A stretch of 64,000 nucleotides of DNA from Camelus dromedarius (taxonomy: Eukaryota). The notes under the pieces were generated by a model. That model saw only the letters and a program-made list of their open reading frames with translations, searched no databases and was not told the DNA's origin. The stretch lies in the NCBI RefSeq assembly GCF_036321535.1, contig NC_087437.1, forward strand, positions 92,382,001 to 92,446,000, written 5' to 3'. Numbering within the stretch: the first letter of the stretch is position 1; each line of letters begins with the position of its first letter. Position numbers and translations under genes: made by a program. Positions 13,369 to 25,194 of the stretch are shown piece by piece.

Positions 13369-16300
13369 TTATCTTTTTAATATTATCACAAAAATTAAGT
13401 ACACTTATCATAAAGCACAGAGCCTGGTATACAGTAATAGTTCATTAAATGTTTGCTGGCAGGCTAGAGGCATAAAAAAGTGATAGACAAATTACAGAGT
13501 AAAATAAAATCAGACAAATACATGCACACAATCAGGAAAGCAGCAATAATTTTAGTAGTGAGATAATAAAAAAATAGGCATTTTTTTTTTTTTATAAAGA
13601 GCAGGTGGACAGACCACAATTTTTAAAAATGGGATGAAGTGCAAATAAGATGACTCAGACTAGCATTTTTCCTGGTAAAGATGTTCAAATCTATTTCTAG
13701 AAGTCAGACAATAGGAAGTGATATAAATTTATGTACATGTATCTAATTGTTCAGTTAATCTAATTCCTAGGTTCCATATGGTCAGAGATTTTTATATCTT
13801 TAATACAAAGTAGAACACTACGAGCGCTTGAACACATGCACACACACAAAGAGTAAAGGGGCAGAGCAGAATAAGTGCTCTCACTAATTTTTGAAACATA
13901 ATTTCATTTAAAAATGAGTTATTTGGAGTAAATGGTTTCTGAAATTGCTTCCAACTTTAACAGTTCATTACTGAATATTACTGATGTTAACCTGGGTAAA
14001 AAGCAGATAATTGTAAAAATAGATGCAAAACTTATTCCCTTGAATTTTAATTTTCTGAAATGTTTTGATTTTTATTGCATTCAGTATTACAGAATTAAGT
14101 ACTATTCAGTGCATATAGACTATGTAATAAGAATTATTATAGAGAGAAATAGTGTTGGCAAAATAGATGCGAAAGAGAACTAAGTGTTACATTATTGTTT
14201 TCTTTTAACACTCCCTGGTAACGAACGGTAACATGTCACCAGCTATAAAATGAACAAATAAACCATTACCTACTTTTCATAAATTCACTATTCAGAAAGC
14301 CTCTTTCATGCCACATTTCTTCTTTTCTGTCATCCCAGCACCATGATGCATTACAAGACCAGAAAAGAAACGACAGCACATTGCCAAGAGTGTCATGACA
14401 ACTGCACATTTAAAGAGAGGAAGAGGAACTTATATTATGAACCCGTGGTTAGGTGTCTGGGAACCATCACCACTGGAGGCAGCTGTGAAGCTGTTATGAC
14501 CAGGAAGCACTGAACACTGCAAAGGCTATAGTTCTTGATGCATACATAGTACTCACTCAAGTCATTTTTAAAAAAATGCTTCTAATTTTGAAACTTGGAC
14601 ACTTTTTTGTTTCACACTCATTTGCTTCATGAACTGATAAACTACTGGATAAGAAATACTATATCTGCAACATTTAATAGAAGACTGTATACTTCAGAGC
14701 CTTTCCTGATTTTGAATAAAAAATATTTTTTTCTTTGAACATTTTTTAAATATTGAAGTGAATGCACACTGACGGTCAATAACCAAAAGAACAGACCAGC
14801 ACAGTTTCAAAGGGTAGCTATTCATTCGTCCATTATTGCGCTTCAGTTAAAGCATTGCTTCCTCAGTACAAAATAGACATCCATCTTCTAGCTTGCTATC
14901 CTCTTTCTCCCGTCCAGGCCAGTTCACTTCCTAATTTTATATCTTCACCCCTGAGTATTCTATTCCATTTCTACTTTTTTTTATTCATCAGTTTTCCCCA
15001 GAATATTCTGAAGTACCACATTCTTTGCAATCTTTTTTTTTTTTTTTTTTAGAGCCTACTTATCTTTTGGAGCTTACCTGTTTTCAGATAATTCCCAAGT
15101 TTATCTTTCTTCTTTTAGATTTTTGGTCTTTTCAATCTTCACTTAAAAATATTGCCCAGGAATAACTTATGCATCCAATAACTCAATGAGGTGGTAGTGT
15201 AAGTATATTGTCTCTTTCTCCATCACTAAATTCATTATCTTTCTGTCTCAATAATTAATCTTACCTTATCCTTGACCTTAAACTTCACTCCTTTATAAAA
15301 TAAGTCTAAAATATATGACTTTTTCTTATCTCCCAGTATACAATTCATTTAGTAAGTTTGACATATTTGATTTCTTCTTGCCATCTGCTTGTCTTTCCTC
15401 TGAAGTTTTTAGTAGTAAAATGCAGTGTGCAATGAAACGAACCACCAGATTCTATACTTCAGATTAATGCAATTCTGTATTCAATTGTTTCACAAGTTTA
15501 GTTAGTGAAAATAATGATTTCTTTTTAAAATTGTGATTTTTGGAAAGAATCAGAAGATGGTTTTAAAAGTGGATGTGATATTTATGCCCAATTATTAAAC
15601 AAGAAACTGGTGTCTTTTTATCTTTTTATTACCTGTTATCATAATCTTGCCTGAACTAACCTTCTTTTCCTCAGTTTCCTTTTGCCTTATTCCTTTCTCT
15701 TTGTTCTAAGTTTCCTTTAAAAATTCTACATTTCTATCATTACTTTCTGTTAATATTTCCTAGATTAGTGCTGTTAATTATGTAAAAAAATTAATACAAA
15801 AATTTAAGAGACTATCTTGTATAAAATACTCATCCATAAGTACTGAAAAATGTACTGATGTAAATGTATATATAGGTATGTTTTAGGAAATGTAAATAAA
15901 AATATCAGAGAAATCAACTCTAATGTGACAATTTTCTACATTATTCACCTTCTTCCATTGTTTTGTTTGTTCAATGGACTTAAAAAATCTTTTGTAATGC
16001 TTTGTTAATTATGCTTTCACATTTAATAAAATAAAATTATATATTTTAGGCTACTAAGCATATAAAGAAATCAGTAACAATTGTATAATTGTTAGAAACT
16101 ATATCTGCTATAAGATAAAAGGAAAGAAAAATAGCATGTCTACCTCACAATATATTGATATTAATTCTCCATATTGATTAAAGTAAAGGGTATTGAATTA
16201 CTTCTTAAATTCTGTATTTTAATCATTATAAGAAGAAAAATCAATGGTAAAATTAAACATAAGATTTAGAAAGTTCAAAGGTTGTGTGTCCAGATTTCTA

Positions 16301-18389
16301 TCATTTAGTCTATATATATATATATAAAAGTATTAATTGGAGATAAGATTTTACTATGAACTTTTTATTTTGCTTTTTTCTTCAATAACATTGTAATAAA
16401 ACTAGATTTTGTTCACCCACTGGAGCTATATTGTGTATATAAATAGAATCCACTTGAATGATTTTTTTTGTAAGTGGTAAAGCATTAAATTGGCATCTTC
16501 TTATAAAAAGAAAAGTTACAGCAATTAAACTGCTCCAATGGTCTCAGACTACCCACAAAGCTCCTCCTATGTGTAAGCTAATAAATGATACCGCTCTTTT
16601 TTAACTTGGTTCAAGCTTCTGCTGCAACTTTCAAAGTGTGATATATTATTTTAAAGATAATAGGGAAAACTTTTGTATTACTTTAAATTAAAAGCATTTA
16701 TAAAGAATATCATTCTGTCCCTCAGCAAAAGTTATTTGTTACATTCTTGCTATTATTGGAAACAATGGTTGTACTCTTTTTCATTTATTTTCATCCCACT
16801 GAGCTACCTGGTTGAACAATAATGCTTTCTTGAATCTCATTATTTGCTGAAGTGATTGTGATATTGGATTTCACTGAGATAATCAACATAAACATGACTG
16901 GAATTTATGTACACTGTACTCCTGCTGTTTTAAAAATGTCATAAAAATAAAAATTGGCTTACAATATGATGTTCCATTTAAAAATAAACCAGTATCAGGT
17001 ACTTTTGAAATACTTATTAAACAATTTAAGTAAACTTTTTTTTCCTCATCATCAAGATCAATTATAAACTCTATAGATACATACAATTATATGAGATATA
17101 CTGCCCTGTATATTGCAGTTATTAAATTCATGCATATATCATGACACAAATCACAGTTAAAAATTAACTAGATAATGTCATTGTATTTTGCTCAACTAAA
17201 AGTTTATGCAGTTAGACATGCATATGCTATAAACTTCAATTTCCCTCACCTTACCTATTTCTTATAGAACACTACAAAATGTACAAGTTATAAAAAAAAC
17301 TCGGGTGTCTAAGCGATTAAAATTCACATTTTTCCATTGTGAACTTCTTTCCATCTTAATGAGAAGTATCAAGCAAACAATCTGAAGTAATGTTATGTTT
17401 GCAAATGTGTTGTCTAGACATCCACAAGCATTCTCCAGAATTTTTAATATGAAAGCCTCTTGCCTACCTCTCCCATCCTCCAGTAAATATGCTTCAGCTG
17501 GTAATCTAGGTTTTGTTTCTATGCCAAAGGTTTTTCAAACTACAAGTATGTAGTACAGTTTTAGAGGAAAGACCCTAGGAGACTCCCTTCCACTGGTTTG
17601 CAGAGTCCCTTCCTTTGATGAGAGAGCAGGAAGGAGAGAGAGAGAGAGAGACTGAGTACTGAGCACAGTATGAAACTGATGTCACAAAGGTTAGACTGTA
17701 TGACATCCGGTTATAAATGCCCACTAGAAAGACATGTAAATTTTCTATGATATTAACGGTAGAGCCACAAGTTTGTATAACTGTATGGAATTTGTATGGG
17801 ATTTGGCGGTGAGCGGTCTGTCAAAGTGACTAATGAACCCAGTTCACCGAGTGCTCCTTACGTTTCTAATAACCCCAGGTCTGCAGGAGGCCTCCCCACT
17901 GCTTTGTCCCTGATGTTGCCTCGCTGTATCCCTGTGTCAACCTCGTTTTGAAACAGCTGCCTCTCCACAGAAATTCAATCACCTCAAGACTTTCCTAGGG
18001 ACACTGAAGATTTCAGAAGCAGTGGGGAAGAACCCCTGGTGTAGCAATCAGCATTCTGTCTTCTGGCTCCCCCTCCAATGTCCTGTCTCTTTCTTAAACC
18101 CCTACCTGCCCCATGCCCTGGGTCCTAATTCTTCTCTTGTATTAAGCAGACTTCCTTGTATCTTGCTTGGAATCCTGGCAGTCAGCCATCACCTGAGTTC
18201 TATATTTCAACCTAGAGGCCAAGAAAGGTCGCTAAGGCTTAGACTCAGCATTGGCAGGTGCCTCCCTAAGAGAAATCACAGGGTGGTTCACTAGGAAAAG
18301 TAATTTTGCTTAACTCTTCATATAAGAAAATATTTGATTAAAAGTATATTTAAAATCTGATCTCTTCACAAATTCCATGTCACTGTATT

Positions 18390-19182
18390 TGTGACATTAT
18401 TTATAATAAGACATATATATTTGGTCTTAGTTTCCTGTTCTTGACAAGGAACTCCTAAATCCCTTGGAATTACCTAAGTGAGCAAAGTGATAAAGGTGTG
18501 TTTTTATATGTTAATGAGGTGCTTTGGGAAGCTTCTAAGTCACCTAAGGATGGGGGTTGATTGCCAGCAGAACCAACTATGTGATTAGTGGGTGGGACTG
18601 ATCTCCTGGGGGAGAGGGGCTAGAGTTTGAATTCAACTTGAAATAGTCATTGATTTAACTAGTCATGCCTATGTCATGAAGCCTCCATAAAAACCCAAAA
18701 GGATGGGGTTCAGAGAGCTTCCAAGTTGATGAACATTCAGAGATTCGGGGAGAGTGGAGCACGTGGAGAGAGCATGGAAGCTCCAAGCCCGTTCCCTATA
18801 CCTTGCCCTATGCATCACTTCCATCTGGTTGTTCCTGAGTTATATCCTCGTAACAACAGAATAGAAATCCATTCAGTAAAATATATCTGCGAGTTCTTTA
18901 AGCTGCTCTAGCAGATTAATAAGACTCAAGGAGGGGATCATTGAAATCTCCAATCTATATATAGCTGGTGGATCAGAAGCACAGGGGACAATTTGGACTT
19001 TCAAATGGCATTTGAGATGGGGTGGGAGGGAGTCTTGTAGGACTGAGCCCTTAAACTATGGGATCTGAAGCTGTCCCCAGGTAGATATTGTCAGAATTGA
19101 GTTGAATTGTAGGATACCCTGCTGGTGCTGGAGAGTAGTTTGGTGTGGGGGAAAAACCCACACATCAGAATTGGTGTCAGAA
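18390..19182 (+). mobile_element. MER21-family LTR
   Basis: Starts tgtgacattatttataataagacatatatatttggtc; contains ctcctaaatcccttggaat, gttgattgccagcagaaccaactatgtgattag and cccacacatcagaattggtgtcagaa, matching recalled MER21B/C. Confidence 0.85.
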
Positions 19183-19184
19183 TG

Positions 19185-19573
19185 CTTCCATCTCTTCTGA
19201 GCAATTATACACATCTCGTAACTGCTTTGCTTGCTTCTTCTCTTGCCTCTAAGCCACACCCAGCACCCTGAGGGACCCTTATGAAACAAGACAGGTTATT
19301 ATGTCCCTGCTATGTCCAAGGTGTTACTGGTGTCCTATCTCACCCAGAGTAAAAGAAAATGTTTCCTCTGTTCTCATTTGCTTTCACTTCATCCTTGCTC
19401 ATGCCAATGTAGCCTCCTTTTGCACCATCTACCACATCAACCTGCTCCTATCAGGACCTTTGGATTTGGATTTGCTGTTTCATCTTTAGAATGTTTTTCC
19501 TCAACATAATCTGTATAGGCCACTCCCTCTCTAAACTGTTTTATGCCTCAGTGTCAACTTAACAGTGAGGACT

Positions 19574-19608
<35 letters not shown>

Positions 19609-19755
19609 AAGTAATCCTCTGCCCCCCACCAGTCAACACACTCACAAAAACACACATATTGCAATCTCCCTTAACCAGTTTTATTTTTCTTCGTAACACC
19701 TATCACCCCTGCTCTCATCATAAACTGGTACCTTAATAAATGCCAACTATGAACT
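19185..19755 (+). mobile_element. L2a-like LINE-2 3' fragment
   Basis: ctcacccagagtaaaag, caggacctttggatttg...ctgttttcatctttagaatg and other L2 3' motifs. Confidence 0.65.
19576..19606. repeat. Poly(A)31 run
   Basis: 31 consecutive A counted. Confidence 0.95.
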
Positions 19756-20084
19756 GACTTAAGTCTCAAACTTCTTTCTTTCACAGGTAGAATATAAAAC
19801 ATATTCTTAAATAATGCACACAACATGTATTTCATTTATTTATTCATTTATTCTATAAATTATTTAGTTTCTGCTTGCCTCAGTTTCTTCAACTGTAAAA
19901 ATGAAAACAAATGTTCTAGAAACTTTGTTTTAGGCAATATAAGGTTAGAAAGGATATTTAAGTAATTGGTGCAGAGCCTTAGACTAAAGAAAGTTAAGAA
20001 TCAATATTAATTGTCATTTTCCTACGGACAGGTAATTATATTAATAAGAAAAATGAATAATGATAGCCCTGTTTCTATTAGTAG

Positions 20085-20505
20085 GTGCTTTTAGCTCTTA
20101 AGAAGCAGACCCTGAGATGAGGATTCTTGTTGGAAAGACAAATCTGAGGAACACTCTCAGGAGAGGCAGTGAGAAAAGGAGGCTGAAGCGGCAGGAGGGG
20201 AAGCTAAGGTGTGGTACCTGCTACAATAGTTCAGCTTGATCCCACAGGGAGCACCGATCCACAAATTATATTACAGAGTCCCACCTACATACGAGAGGGT
20301 CAAATATTTGTATTTCCATGACAAGGTACAAGTCAAGTATGGTCACAGGGGATATGGGGGGTTGAAAGTGGAGGCTTCCTGGCAGGGAGGCCCACCTTTG
20401 CCTGAAAATGATCCTTTTGAGAAGGGAGCACTTGTGAGTTGTTAGTGGTCAACAGTCACAACTGCTTAAGGATGGGTGCACCCCTGCTAATGGGATCTGG
20501 GTAGA
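20085..20505 (-). mobile_element. LTR33/LTR16-like ERVL LTR
   Basis: agaagcagaccctgagatgaggatt at one end and tgtgagttgttagtggtcaacagtcacaactgc...gatgggtgcaccc...gggatctggg at the other. Confidence 0.7.
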
Positions 20506-22117
20506 TTGTAGGGGGAGGATAAACTATAATTTTTTTAATTTGGAAAACAAATATGCAACTTGGAATGGATTTGAGGCAAATTGTGTCATAAGCACATTTT
20601 CTTTAAGTGACTAAATCAAGTTTAAAAAAGCAAGTAACAATAAAATATGTTTCTGGTACGGGACCAGAAGTACAAAAAAAAAAAAAAAAGTGGACAAGTA
20701 CCTGGATAATACAGCTGTTTTGCAGTAGTGCAGCTTCTAAGTACACAATCCACAACTTCACACTTCAACGGCAACATGCTGTTGGTTCCTAAAGAAAACT
20801 ACTGAAAACCTGCAAATTCCCTCCTTTGACCGACTCTATCTAAATTTATGCAGAAGGGCTTAGATAAACACAGAGTAAGCAACATGAAACATGTTCCTGA
20901 TCAATTTTCTAAAATAGGGTTACAGGACAATGACAGTAAAAGGGAGAAGCACTCACTATCATTTCCAAAATTGTATCATAATTTCAGAAATTAAAGGTAC
21001 TGAATGCAGAGTTTGAAATCCCTTTACAAGTGACTCCATACATGTTTCAGTAGTGATAATTCATGGCCTTTCTACTCTCTTCCTACCTTATAATTGAACT
21101 CCAGTTTTAGATTGGTGATCACACTCAATTTTGTAGCCTCCCAGGAATCCCTGAAACTAGTAGAGCATGCGGTGGGATGGTGATTGATTTCTTTTGGTTT
21201 GTTTATCTGAAATTTCAAGGAGATTAACAGATGGAATGTCAGATTCAAATGAAGCTTTATTGCTTCCAGTGAAGGAGTAGCAATTAGACTGTTGTCTAAA
21301 TAGATTAACACTCTGAACCCCTCCCTACCTGCTCTAAGTACTTACCACTAGGACTTGCAACTATAGATTCGAGGCAGCTAAAACAGCAGACAAAACATCC
21401 CTAGCCATTGATAAAACTTTTTCTCCTTGAATTATACTTTCTGTTGAATCCATTTGCCAATATTAATAGCTCTTCTGTTACTTATTGCCCAAATATATGC
21501 TGAATAGAATAAATTTTAAAGATTTTGATGTTTTGTGTTAAAATATGATAAACTGAGAAAATTTAATGATTAAAATGTCAACAATTCCAATGCAGACCAT
21601 AAAACATCTGATGTGACAAATAAATAATAGGAATTGTCCCTGGGTTATTGAGAAATCAGGACTATTTTAAAAGGTCCATTTTAAATAATTAACAATCCAC
21701 TAAGATTTACTGCTTCATGAACCTCTTCTTGACTCAAGCTTAGCTCTTAGGCCTTACAGAAATGGATGTAGTAAAAAGGGTTTTATTTTTATTTTTATTT
21801 ATGTTCATTTTTTTACTGTTTTTTTTTTCCACAAATGAGTACTGAAAAAGGTTTTAATAGCCAAATTTACAATAGTATGTACTCTTGTATATTTTAAATC
21901 ACTTCCAGATAGATGGTCACCCTGTGTCTGATTTACTGGTCAGCAACTACACTAAAGAAACCAGTGATACTCTCCTTTCAAAATACACATAAATCCAATA
22001 ATGCAAAAGGTAACAAAAGAAAATACATGAGTATAATTATATACATGCACTTGAAAGAGTTACTAAAACTGCTAAGTATGGAATTAAAAGTGGCTAACTA
22101 TATACAGTAACTTACAG

Positions 22118-22320
22118 CAGAGCTTCTCATTGGATACTTTGGGGCAGATAATTTTTTATTGTAGGAAGTTAGACTGTGCATTGTAGGGTGTTTTGCAACA
22201 TTTTTGATCTCTGCCTAGCAGACGCTATTAGCAATCTTCTCCCCAAGTTGTGACAGTCAAAAATGTCTCCAGAGATGGCCAAATGTCCTGAGAGTCAAAA
22301 CCCCCAGTTGAGGACCACTG
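22118..22320 (-). mobile_element. MER20 hAT-Charlie DNA transposon
   Basis: ccaagttgtgacagtcaaaaatgtctccagagatggccaaatgtcc...ccagttgaggaccactg is the reverse complement of MER20; near full length. Confidence 0.9.
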
Positions 22321-22716
22321 CCTTTTAATATGTTATGTCTGATGATAGATATAAAATTATGTTAATTATTGAGGATGCAAAAGAGAAAAAAACAGGAACT
22401 CAGTATTCAGAAATATTGCTGTTTTTTTTCAAGACTGTGTGAGACTCTTTGGGCTGCTGAAGGTACAGTTTAAGGCAAATGGAACAGTCAAAAAAGGCTG
22501 GGTAGAGAAGGCATGGGAGAGGATGCTAAATCTACTCTCCTATGGGCCAAGCAATGTGCAACTCAACTCCCAAGAAGCACCTCTCAGAAAAGGAAAATAA
22601 GAAACCTACCTGCATTCACAAGGATTTGCGATCATGTTATGAACAACACTCAGGCAACTTAGAAAGCTGTCTTCATTATTTTTATATGTATAACTAAAGC
22701 ACTGCTGTCCTCCAAC

Positions 22717-23169
22717 TGTGAAGGAAAAACCGGGCTGGTCTGACAAGATAACTCATAAGTCTAGGAATGTGAAGGAGAGGCTGGGCGGGGCTAACAAGTC
22801 TAAGTATTGGAATACTGATCTGAGTTCTGTTAGACTAACTTGTAAATCTAGGTTAATTAGTGTTGGTTTGCTGTTTATGTGTTTTTGCTAGCCAGCTGGA
22901 TTTTCAAAGATACATATCTGGCTTTGGAATGTTGGTTTGCTGCCTCCCCGCCTCCACTTTCGTGATGATAATGCTGCTAAAGCTGTTCCATGCCTATTGG
23001 CCGAATACCCCAAGCTTGTACTTTACCCTATAAAACCTCATGTACACATCTTGGAGGTGCTCAGAGCTTCGGAGCAGAAGCCCCTCTGAGCCCGCCGGCG
23101 TAATACATCTGAGTACTCCAACCCTCCGAGTGGTGCTTGTTTCTTGACTGGCCTGTTGTTTCCGTAACA
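22717..23169 (+). mobile_element. Young ERV1 (class I)-type solo LTR, 453 bp
   Basis: TG...CA ends. Imperfect terminal inverted repeat TGTGAAGGAAA / TTTCCGTAACA. Perfect 4-bp TSD CAAC (22713-22716, 23170-23173). TATAAAA at 23029-23035. About 11 retained CpGs. Confidence 0.9.
22783..23107 (+). promoter_or_regulatory. LTR U3/R promoter motifs: GC boxes, inverted CCAAT, TATA box, variant poly(A) signal
   Basis: GGGCGGGG 22783-22790; CCCCGCCTCC 22946-22955; ATTGG 22996-23000; TATAAAA 23029-23035; AATACA 23102-23107. Activity is not shown by the sequence. Confidence 0.55.
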
Positions 23170-23454
23170 CAACCACTCTTTCCTGTGTAGACCAGTCTTT
23201 AAGGACCATAGTCTATGACCTAATGGTTGTAATGTATGCTCATATGTGTGTATGTGTGTGTGTGTGACTAAAAGGAATTTTAATTTCTTAGACCCCTGTT
23301 TTAATTCCCTGCACAAAAATTCTTTATGCCAAAGTTTGGCAGCACTTATACATTAAATAATTAAATTATATGAGAGAATATTAATTTTTATCTCCCCAAA
23401 TCCCATTAAAATGCTAAAGTGCATCTCATAGCAGTTTTAGAAATCTAGAAAAGT

Positions 23455-23911
23455 TGTTAGGAGCCGTATTTCCAGGAGTCTGTCACATATTTGTATGTCT
23501 TGCCACCAGAGACATTCACTACCCTTATTCTAGATTATCTTTTCATGAATATTTGTACAATGAAACGCCTTGGAAGGTAGAGATAATATCTCCATTAAGG
23601 GACAAAGAGAGGCATGCTTATTATCCAGTATAATAAAAATATTTCCCTCAGGAACAGAATGTTGTCAAGTTTCTTGCATACTTAAAAGATTTGAGTTACC
23701 TAAGCTCAGAGCCCCTTGCTTGCAACACAACTTGTTGTATGCCCAGGGATACCCTTAAACTTTCCACGTCACCCTGTGACAATTAGGACTCCGAGAATGA
23801 GTACAAGAGAATGCTGATATGCTGACTTCTGCCTTTGCTGTAAGAGTCTTCCGTCTCTCACCCACGGATGGCATGTCCTCTTTCAACATACATGAAACTG
23901 TCACAGGCAAC
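23455..23911 (+). mobile_element. MER77-like ERVL LTR
   Basis: gccttggaaggtagagataatatctcc, tccagtataataaa, cctaagctcagag, aatgctgatatgctg and catgaaactgtcacagg match recalled MER77; 3' tip missing. Confidence 0.75.
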
Positions 23912-23978
23912 ATACACTGTCTACTCCTTGATTCTGCTTCTCTATGCACAGTCTTTCTTTACTAAGGCTGTGTACAAC

Positions 23979-24090
23979 TAAAGTGACCATCCATCCTGGT
24001 TTGCCTTGATTTTCTCAGGTTTAGCACTGAAAATTTCATACCTAAGGAAACCCCTTGGTCCTGGAGAAACTAGGACAGTCGGTCACCCTA
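23979..24090 (-). mobile_element. MER81 hAT-Blackjack miniature DNA transposon
   Basis: About 112 bp with terminal inverted repeats ta(aa)gtgacc...ggtcacccta and internal ggtttagcactgaaa. Confidence 0.8.
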
Positions 24091-24109
24091 CAATACATAC
24101 ATTAAACTT

Positions 24110-24265
24110 GCTTTCTGTTCCTTCTCTTTTCTTTCTTTTTTAATGTTTCTTCTTTTCTTTCTTTCATTCTCCTCCATCTCCTCCTCCACTTTTCCTCTTC
24201 CTCCTTCCTCTTCTTCCTCTTTCTCTTCTCTCTCCTTCCTTCTTTTTTTCCTTTTTTTCATCCTA
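24110..24265. repeat. Polypyrimidine (CT-rich) low-complexity tract
   Basis: About 150 bp almost entirely C/T. Confidence 0.9.
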
Positions 24266-25194
24266 TTCAATTATTCAATTCGGTTTTCAAAGGAAGACAC
24301 TAATTTCAAATGTAGGGCATCAATAAAACATACCTTTAGAACAGTAACAGTAGGTTCCGTAACTATTGGGAAACTGATAAAAATCAATTCTTGACATTTT
24401 AATAATTTTAAACTTTATTACCTACTATGTATAGATAATTTCTCATAGGTTCTAAAATTGATTCTAGAATTATTCTCAAATATTTGCTGCCTCTATTTGT
24501 GGAAGAGCTTGATCCCCATCTTATTCATTGGGCCTGGACATGTGATTTGAATGCTTCTTTCTGTGGGAGTTTTAGCTTCAAACTGTATTGAAATCAGAAT
24601 TGCCTCTGTAGTTTACTTTAGTCCAGAAAATGTGAGTAAAAGAGCACATAGCCCTTCCAAAGAGAACTTTCAAAAGCCAGAAAATTATTTCATCATTGTC
24701 CTTTGCCATTTGCTCCCGGATTGGCAATGTCTCACATAGGGCAAATCCCAATATCTGAACTGGTTATCTGTCTCTCCAGTACATTGATAAAAATGCACAA
24801 AATGATAAAGATATCATCTTCACTTTTTGTTAATGTCTTTCTCATTCCCTATCCATTTTGGCTTGAAAGGGGAAAATTATTTACCACATGGAACAGTTAA
24901 AAGTATTGCTGATTAGTTAGTAATCATAGATCAGTAACATAAGGCCAATAAAGACTGTACCTGAGTTAAAAAATGATTTTTATTTTGTAAGCCATATATT
25001 TTTCCAGGACTACTCTATGTATTTGAAGAAGCCTAGTCTCTAAGCCATATAAAAATTAAGAAAATAGAGATAATTAGTATTGAGTTGTGAAATTTTACGT
25101 GAAATTACTTTGCAAAAATTATGACAGGACTGATGTCTAAAATTATGGCAATAAAGTTTTGAGGAAAATATTGTAACAGTGGGGAGAAACAAAG

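Noticed and set aside
24088..24394. Charged (E/K/R) and F/S/L-rich ORFs
   Set aside because: Translations of the CT-rich low-complexity tract
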